A DNA stretch of 32,000 nucleotides from Candidatus Saccharimonadota bacterium (GTDB lineage Bacteria > Patescibacteriota > Saccharimonadia > Saccharimonadales > UBA4665), in the NCBI GenBank assembly GCA_003516025.1, contig CP023991.1, forward strand, positions 781,374 through 813,373, in the 5' to 3' direction. Position numbers and translations under genes: made by a program. A model generated the notes under the pieces. That model did not search any database and was not told the origin of the DNA. It saw nothing but the letters and a program-made list of their open reading frames with translations. Each line of letters starts with the position of its first letter. The stretch's first letter is position 1. Shown here one piece after another: positions 25,525-32,000 of this stretch.

Positions 25525-26817
25525 CTAGCGGTATGACCAGAGTGATTCAATGTGTTTTTGCAGATCGGCCGTGTACTCTTCCCCGCAGCTACCCAGTGAT
25601 CCGAAGCCCCAAAGCTGCTCTTTAAACAGTTCGCGGGCTACTTCGATAATCGATTCTTTGGTAATCGCTTTAATGCGTTTCGGTACCTGGTAATAATCAT
25701 CGATTGATTCGTCAAAGAAGTAACGGCCGCTATAACCGTTGGCCGTACCTCCAACAGTTTGGGCACCGCGCTGGAAACGTCCCAGAGCATACTGCTGGGC
25801 CGACTCAATATCCTGCTTAGCGAGATCACCGGAAAAGATCTTTTCCAGTTCACACACGATAATTTCAAATAACGCGGCGGCGTTCTTGGGCGATACCTGA
25901 GCCCCGAACCACCAGTTGCTGTTAAGCTTGGCCTGTCCGACGCCGGAACTCATACCATATACCAGGCCGCGCTCGCGGGCCGTGCCTAAAATTTTAGAGT
26001 GTAAAGTTTCGGTTAGCATGGTATTCGACAGATTGAGCGCGTCAAGCTCCGCGTCGTCAAGCCGGCGGCGCATAAAAGTATCGATATAGAAGTAAATGTT
26101 TTTAACGGTTGGGTTATGGATGTACAACGGCCGTTCCAGGCGCTGCGGCCGTTCGTCAGGCAGTTCAATCCGGCCTTCCCCTTTCGGCAGCCCCACACTG
26201 GACAACAGCGCGATCATCAGCTCACGGCGCTTAGGCGTGATGTTTCCGCCGATGATAAAACGCATGTTCGACGTCGTATGGGTCGCCTCGTAATGAGCCT
26301 TGATGTCCTTCAGTTTGACATTTTTCATTAATCGCAGCCGTTCCTGGTCGGTTTTTGCCAAAAAACCGTAGCTTTCACGAAGCGCCAGGCTTAAGTGGCG
26401 GAAATGATTGTTGGCCCGGGCGGTCAGTTCCTCGCGGACGTTGCCAAATTCTGCTTGGTATTCTTCCTTGAGAAACAATGGCTCAGTGACCGATACGAGT
26501 AAAAGTTCAAGGATACGTTCCCACTCAAAGTCAGCGCATTCAGCTTCATACGTAATGTCGTAGACACTGGTTGAGGCGTTACTGTAGGCACCATTTTTCT
26601 CGATTTCAGCCTGAAAATCGCGGGCCCGAGGGTAACGGTTATTGGCTCCAAGTAGGATATGTTCCATCAAATGGGGCACTTCCCACTTTTTCTCTTCAAC
26701 CAGGTATTCCCCTGCCCGGAAATTAATATCAAAAGTCATTACCTGGGCATCAGGTACATGAACCAGCAGACCTTTCAAACCATTAGCAAACGTAACCTCG
26801 GAAACTGTATGCTTCAT
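25525..26817 (-). CDS. M16 (pitrilysin/insulinase) family zinc peptidase
   Basis: 430 aa with an intact inverted zinc motif HxxEH (HLMEH). It is tightly coupled to the secA stop (26821). Confidence 0.85.
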   Translation of the reverse strand: MKHTVSEVTFANGLKGLLVHVPDAQVMTFDINFRAGEYLVEEKKWEVPHLMEHILLGANNRYPRARDFQAEIEKNGAYSNASTSVYDITYEAECADFEWERILELLLVSVTEPLFLKEEYQAEFGNVREELTARANNHFRHLSLALRESYGFLAKTDQERLRLMKNVKLKDIKAHYEATHTTSNMRFIIGGNITPKRRELMIALLSSVGLPKGEGRIELPDERPQRLERPLYIHNPTVKNIYFYIDTFMRRRLDDAELDALNLSNTMLTETLHSKILGTARERGLVYGMSSGVGQAKLNSNWWFGAQVSPKNAAALFEIIVCELEKIFSGDLAKQDIESAQQYALGRFQRGAQTVGGTANGYSGRYFFDESIDDYYQVPKRIKAITKESIIEVARELFKEQLWGFGSLGSCGEEYTADLQKHIESLWSYR

Positions 26818-26820
26818 AGG

Positions 26821-29427
26821 TTATTTACGCTTGCGGGCCTTGGTTTTGCGCTGGCGCTCCGCCTTACGAGCCTTCTTACGCTTTTCAGCGGCGACCTTCT
26901 GCTCTTCCTGGTCGACTTTCTTGGTCTTAAAGTCTGCTTCTTCGAATTCAGCGCTGGTTTCAGTAATCTGATTAGCGTTATTTATTGAACCGCGGGCGGC
27001 ACGGGTAAGCTCGGTTTCGACTGGACGGTCAAGATCTTCCTCGCGGACTGGTTCGGCATGGAACAGCGCCCGCATAACCTCATGGCGCAGTTGCAGTTGC
27101 ATATCTTCGAACAGCAGCTGTCCGCGGCGACGGTACTCAACCAGCGGATCCTGCTGGCCAACGCTCATCCAGTGAATACCTTCACGCAAGTGGTCCATGT
27201 TTTCGAGGTGTTGCATCCATAGGTTATCAAGGATTTGCAAGTAAACATCACGCTCGACTTTACGCATAATCTCCGGCGTAAAGGCGCTTTCCCGGCCGGC
27301 ATAAAGTTCTTTTGCCTCAGTTAGCAGCACTTGCTGGAATTTAGCGGTGTCGGTATCAAACAGACGGTCGAGTGTTTCATTGTCGAATGGAAAAACTTCA
27401 CGAACAACGTCCTCGAAGTCATCCGTCGTGAGCAGCGGTGAGGCGGCCAGCATACGGACTTCATCTTCCAAAAATACATTAATCCGCTTCGTGATATCCG
27501 GCTGGTTTAGAATTTCGCGGCGCATGGCATAGGTGGCCTTGCGGTGGCGGTTCATAACATCGTCGTACTGGACAACGTTCTTACGCTGGTCAAAGTGGAA
27601 ACCCTCCACCTTTTTCTGGGCGCCCTCCAGACTCTTACTGATCAAACGGTTTTCGATCGGCGTGTCGTCCTCGACGTTGAGACGTTCCATAATGCGGCCG
27701 ATGCGGTCGCCGCCAAAGATACGCATAAGGTCGTCTTCGGTACTCACGAAGAACTGGGTAATACCAGGATCACCCTGACGGCCGGAGCGGCCGCGCAGCT
27801 GGTTATCGATGCGGCGCGACTCATGACGCTCAGAACCAAGCACGAAGAGGCCACCAAGTTCCTTAACGCCTTCACCTAGCACAATGTCGGTACCACGGCC
27901 AGCGATGTTGGTGGCCAGCGTAACAGCGCCCTGTTCACCGGCTTTTGCCACAATCGAAGCTTCACGTTCGTTATTCTTAGCGTTCAGTAACTGATGGGGA
28001 ATTTTAGCCTTGGTAAGCTCTCTGGACAGCAGTTCGTTCTTTTCAATCGATACTGTACCTACCAGCACTGGCTGGCCTTTGGTATGCAGCATTTGGATTT
28101 CCTGGGCGATAGCCTTGAACTTGCCCTGTTCGCTGCGGTAAATGCGGTCCGGACGATCGATACGGGCCAGTCCGCGGTTGCTTGGCACTTCCACGACGTC
28201 CAACTTATAAATCTGGTGGAATTCTTCGGCTTCGGTCATTGCCGTACCGGTCATGCCGGCCAGCTTTTCATACAGGCGGAAGTAGTTCTGAAAACTAATG
28301 GTCGCCAGCGTCATGCTCTCCTGCTGGACCTCAACGCCTTCTTTTGCCTCAATTGCCTGGTGTAACCCTTCGTTATAACGGCGTCCGGGCAGCATACGGC
28401 CGGTAAATTCGTCGACAATGACAACTTCGCCGTCATTTGATACGACGTAGTCTTTGTCACGCTTGAACAGCGCCTGGGCACGCATCGCCTGTTGCAAGTG
28501 ATAGATGGTACGGATATTTTCCGCGCCGTACAGGTTATCCAGTCCAAGGACTTTTTCAACCTTTTCAACGCCCTCATCGGTCAAAATAACGGTTTTACGC
28601 TTTTCATCGGTCTCGTAATCGGTATCTTTCTTGAGCTGGCGCACGACCTTACTGAATTGGGCGTAGGCATTACCGCTGGTAACACTTGGAGCTGAAATAA
28701 TTAAAGGCGTCCGGGCTTCATCGATCAGGATGGAGTCAACTTCATCGACGATGGCGAAGTGCAGCTCGCGCTGGCGCAGCTGGTCAACTTCGCGGACCAT
28801 GTTGTCGCGCAGGTAATCAAAGCCGAATTCATTATTGGTTCCATAGGTAATATCGGCGGCGTAAGCCTCGCGGCGCGTGCAGGGACGCAAATGATGGAAC
28901 CGGACATCTTCGTGGTCGGTATTAGTATACTCGGGATCAACGATATACGATTGGTCAGCAATAATAACAGCGGCCGTTAGACCGAGGAAGTTATAGACCT
29001 GAGCCATCCAGCCAGCGTCACGCTGCACCAGGTAGTCGTTAACTGAAATAACATGGACACCTTTGCCTGTAAGCGCGTTCAGATAGACTGGCGCGGTAGC
29101 TACCAGTGTCTTGCCTTCACCGGTCTTCATTTCGGCTACGTTGCCTTCGTGCAGAACCATACCACCCATCAGCTGGACATCGTAGTGGCGCTGCCCGAGC
29201 GTACGGGTAGCGGCTTCACGGACAACCGCGAAAGCGTCAGGCAAAATTTTATCAAGCGATTCTTTTTTGAGGCGCTTTTTTAGCTCGGCAGTCTGGCCCT
29301 GAAGTTGCTTATCGCTCATCTTCTGGTATTTTTCAGCTAGGGCGTTAACGTCTTTGACTCGGCGGCGCAACCGTTTAACAGTGCGGGCCTGCGGATCACC
29401 TAATACTTTTTTGAATACGGTATTCAC
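26821..29427 (-). CDS. secA: Preprotein translocase ATPase SecA
   Basis: 868 aa with a canonical N-terminus and DEAD-like motor motifs (MKTGEGKTLV, VDEVDSILIDEARTPLI). GTG start after a GGAGGAGAGGG SD. The C-terminus is a Lys/Arg-rich tail without Cys/His zinc ligands. Confidence 0.97.
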   Translation of the reverse strand: MNTVFKKVLGDPQARTVKRLRRRVKDVNALAEKYQKMSDKQLQGQTAELKKRLKKESLDKILPDAFAVVREAATRTLGQRHYDVQLMGGMVLHEGNVAEMKTGEGKTLVATAPVYLNALTGKGVHVISVNDYLVQRDAGWMAQVYNFLGLTAAVIIADQSYIVDPEYTNTDHEDVRFHHLRPCTRREAYAADITYGTNNEFGFDYLRDNMVREVDQLRQRELHFAIVDEVDSILIDEARTPLIISAPSVTSGNAYAQFSKVVRQLKKDTDYETDEKRKTVILTDEGVEKVEKVLGLDNLYGAENIRTIYHLQQAMRAQALFKRDKDYVVSNDGEVVIVDEFTGRMLPGRRYNEGLHQAIEAKEGVEVQQESMTLATISFQNYFRLYEKLAGMTGTAMTEAEEFHQIYKLDVVEVPSNRGLARIDRPDRIYRSEQGKFKAIAQEIQMLHTKGQPVLVGTVSIEKNELLSRELTKAKIPHQLLNAKNNEREASIVAKAGEQGAVTLATNIAGRGTDIVLGEGVKELGGLFVLGSERHESRRIDNQLRGRSGRQGDPGITQFFVSTEDDLMRIFGGDRIGRIMERLNVEDDTPIENRLISKSLEGAQKKVEGFHFDQRKNVVQYDDVMNRHRKATYAMRREILNQPDITKRINVFLEDEVRMLAASPLLTTDDFEDVVREVFPFDNETLDRLFDTDTAKFQQVLLTEAKELYAGRESAFTPEIMRKVERDVYLQILDNLWMQHLENMDHLREGIHWMSVGQQDPLVEYRRRGQLLFEDMQLQLRHEVMRALFHAEPVREEDLDRPVETELTRAARGSINNANQITETSAEFEEADFKTKKVDQEEQKVAAEKRKKARKAERQRKTKARKRK

Positions 29428-29573
29428 TACTGTTTCCCTCTCCTCCGGTTGGTTGTGGTCTATGCATGACTTTAGGGCTTTTATATGCTGGAATTCATTG
29501 TACCCCGTTATGGCCGATAAATCGACGTAATTTTGACTGCAATACCAGCTTAGGATGAGGTGAGATCTTGCTA

Positions 29574-29942
29574 TCAGGCGGCGCCGCGGGCAAACCGGGC
29601 TACCAGCCGGCGCCTGAAAGTACCGGAATGAAGCTCCTTGTACTTTTTGATCTGGTGCTTCAGTTTAAGTTCGGCGATGTCTATGGCCGTGAACATATTA
29701 ATGCTTGTTTCAGATATATTGATCGTGTCATGTGGCAAATGCAGCGTTACTTCGGCACAGCAGTTGCGGGCATCATTAGTTTTACCCGCCTTGCCCTCCT
29801 TAAGCAGCACTTCGGCATGAGCGCTGGCGGCCGCGCTACGGGGAATATAGCGGTCAAGGCTACCAATTTTTTTAGTGACGTACTTGCGCAGATTCTCATC
29901 GACTGGCGCGTGAACGAAATTGATTTCTAATCTGTTAATCAT
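29574..29942 (-). CDS. hpf: Ribosome hibernation promoting factor / RaiA family (short form)
   Basis: 122 aa with an AAGGAGG SD. Segments such as VDENLRKYVTKKIGSLDRY and MFTAIDIAELKLKHQIKKYKE resemble the S30AE family. Confidence 0.8.
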   Translation of the reverse strand: MINRLEINFVHAPVDENLRKYVTKKIGSLDRYIPRSAAASAHAEVLLKEGKAGKTNDARNCCAEVTLHLPHDTINISETSINMFTAIDIAELKLKHQIKKYKELHSGTFRRRLVARFARGAA

Positions 29943-30065
29943 CGGTCGTAACCTCCTTAGAGAAGCACGTTTGTTTGGATGTTAAGGGATGTGCCCTGTA
30001 TGTATATTGTACAGCTATCCCTTACTTGGACTGTATGAATTCAGGCCTAAAATAGCTTAAACCGG

Positions 30066-31376
30066 CTAAATCTGGCTGCGGTTCTGCATGAACGGCCGAA
30101 GCACTTCAGGAATTACCACGTGGCCGTCCTCGGTCTGGAAGTTTTCTACGATCGAGGCAATCACGCGGTTGGTCGCGAAGGCGGTGGCATCGTTGGTATG
30201 TACCAGCTCTACCTGCCCATCCTTCAGTCCGCCGCTGCGCCGGATACGGGTCTTCAGATCGCGGGCCTGGTAATCAGTCATATAATCGGCCGTATGGGTT
30301 TCACGGTATTTATTCTGGCCCGGGAACCAGCATTCAATGTCAATGCCGCGGGCGTTGGGCTTACCGATGTCAAAAGTACACTTTTGCAACACCTGGTACG
30401 GCAGACCAAGTTGCTGAACTAGATATTCCTGAATCGCCACAAGCAGTTTGTGCTCATCAAGGCCGGTTTCCGGCGTACTGAAGACTTCCATCTCAAGCTT
30501 GTCGAACTGATGCCAGCGAATCATACCTTCGGTGTCCTTGCCATAAGTACCAGCCTCACGGCGGAAGCTGGTCAAGCGCCCGATATAACGGATTGGGAAC
30601 ATATCTTCCGGCAAAATTTCGTTCCAGTACATTGTACACAAAGTGTGTTCAGCTGAGGCGTTAAGCCACAGGTCGTCTTGCTCAAGCTTATAAGTGACTT
30701 CTTCCGCGTTTAACCTGGCCGAAGCTTTGTAAGGTTCGGTACGCAGTACGGCTGGCGGCAATACCGGCGTAAATGGCTTGGCAGATATAGTGAGACCGTT
30801 TTCTTCGATTAGTTTTTGTAATACGCGCTCATCGCCCAGTGTCTGCATCACGAACTGCTCGATTGCCATTTGCAAAAGTACAAGGTCTCCCTTGATATAA
30901 CCGAAGCGGCTGCCGGCAATTTTAGCGGCCCGCTCCTTGTCGAGCATATCGCGCGGTTCAACAATCTCCCAGTGATTTTTTGGTTCGAAATTCCAGACCG
31001 GCAAATCACCGGCCACTTTGGCGACAACATTTTCATCCTCAGTGGCGCCGACCGGTACGTCTTCCAAGGGCATATTCGGCACCTGCTTCAGTAAAACTTC
31101 GTATTCTTCCTCGAGCGGCCCGATTTCCGCCTCCAGTTTACCGATTTCTTCTTTGAGCTGCTTGCCCTGCTCCAATTGCTCTGGGGTCGGTTTGCTACCC
31201 TTCATGTGCGATGATAATGTATTTCGCCTGGAGCGGAGTTCTTCGACTGAGGTTAAACGCGTGCGGCGCTCCGCGTCGAGTTCCAACAGGTGGCGCACAT
31301 CGACTGTATAGCCCTTTTGCTTGGACTTTTCCTCTACCAGTTCAGGATTGTCTCGGATAAATTGGATGTCTAACAT
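30066..31376 (-). CDS. serS: Serine--tRNA ligase
   Basis: 436 aa with the N-terminal coiled-coil arm (MLDIQFIRDNPELV...) and a class II core. TATAAT (reverse complement of 31384-31389) lies 7 nt upstream of the ATG. Confidence 0.96.
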   Translation of the reverse strand: MLDIQFIRDNPELVEEKSKQKGYTVDVRHLLELDAERRTRLTSVEELRSRRNTLSSHMKGSKPTPEQLEQGKQLKEEIGKLEAEIGPLEEEYEVLLKQVPNMPLEDVPVGATEDENVVAKVAGDLPVWNFEPKNHWEIVEPRDMLDKERAAKIAGSRFGYIKGDLVLLQMAIEQFVMQTLGDERVLQKLIEENGLTISAKPFTPVLPPAVLRTEPYKASARLNAEEVTYKLEQDDLWLNASAEHTLCTMYWNEILPEDMFPIRYIGRLTSFRREAGTYGKDTEGMIRWHQFDKLEMEVFSTPETGLDEHKLLVAIQEYLVQQLGLPYQVLQKCTFDIGKPNARGIDIECWFPGQNKYRETHTADYMTDYQARDLKTRIRRSGGLKDGQVELVHTNDATAFATNRVIASIVENFQTEDGHVVIPEVLRPFMQNRSQI

Positions 31377-31475
31377 GCAAGTTATTATAGCTCAAGTAAT
31401 AGTTTCACGGTGATAATTATCCTATTACAGGTTCCCGCGCATTTATAGCGGAGTTTTAATGTGACAGATAAGACA

Positions 31476-32000
31476 CTAGATTGGACGCGCTACTACCTGT
31501 GCCGGCAGATTACGGTAGAACGACGGGATTTTAAGCGTATCCACGGCATCCACGGCGGGATCATGCCCGACTTCCATGCCGTTTAGATAAGCGCGGCCGC
31601 TTAATTCCGGAGAGACACTTAAAGAGTCATACGTGTCGGCTGGCGGCAACATATAGGTCATGGCCGCAGTCATAGGCAGATAGCCATCGTGTTCCGGTAC
31701 GGCCGCGATAGTCCCGCCTACGCCATACGATCGCCGGGAACCGAAACCATGATGATTGCCGCTGATGATCTGATGATTCGGTCCAAGACCGCGCTGTTGG
31801 TACACGCGGACCGTTTCTTCCGGATGGTCACAGATGGCATCATACAGTTCCGGATGGTCCGCTACGCTCAGATCGGACTTGATCGCTTCCTGGATAGCGG
31901 GCGTGCGCTTACCGACATCATGAGTGATCGCTGCCTGGGTGCCAATCACGGCGTCACGCCGCGGCAAGCCGATGCGTACCGCTTGGGCCGCGAACAGCCA
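31476..32000 (-). CDS. HD-domain phosphohydrolase-like protein (5' end outside the window)
   Basis: The frame stays open to position 32000 (..WLFAAQAVRIGLPRRDAVIGTQAAITHDVGK..) and contains an HD motif. The ORF tool's TTG start at 31967 is probably internal. Confidence 0.55.
   Translation of the reverse strand, partial: WLFAAQAVRIGLPRRDAVIGTQAAITHDVGKRTPAIQEAIKSDLSVADHPELYDAICDHPEETVRVYQQRGLGPNHQIISGNHHGFGSRRSYGVGGTIAAVPEHDGYLPMTAAMTYMLPPADTYDSLSVSPELSGRAYLNGMEVGHDPAVDAVDTLKIPSFYRNLPAQVVARPI

Overview
The window is a gene-dense stretch of a roughly 50% GC bacterial chromosome made almost entirely of housekeeping genes. They are packed into long minus-strand operons with 4-nt overlaps and very short spacers. 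This fits a streamlined genome, possibly Patescibacteria/Saccharibacteria-like, but that is inference and I could not run a search.

Genes I recognise:
- a LysM-Rpf muralytic protein
- a queuosine salvage set (queA, tgt, yhhQ-like transporter)
- glyQS, recO, xseA/xseB, rpmA, pyrG
- an S41 Ctp protease
- ftsE-ftsX followed by a coiled-coil CHAP (PcsB-like) hydrolase
- prfB, an M16 peptidase, secA, hpf, serS

I found no rRNA, tRNA, CRISPR array or transposase.

The stand-out locus is a ~1.1 kb plus-strand island at 19437-20556, between ctpA and the ftsEX-pcsB operon. It contains:
- an extended -10 promoter
- a 200-codon orphan ORF with almost every codon ending in G or C, an actinobacterial-type composition foreign to this genome
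- ~30-bp inverted arms bracketing the unit, plus a third internal copy that forms a perfect 19-bp hairpin
- overlapping small ORFs whose SD sequences sit in inverted repeats
- a complete type III hammerhead ribozyme motif immediately after the right arm
- a 13-bp hairpin

Secondary observations:
- at least 12 genes have a TATAAT-like box only 6-10 nt upstream of the start codon, implying leaderless or near-leaderless mRNAs
- a histidine-kinase-like/receiver pair upstream of recO has Glu in place of both phospho-accepting residues (His and Asp)
- two orphan ORFs lie at 7745-8637

All coordinates were indexed by hand and no database search was possible.
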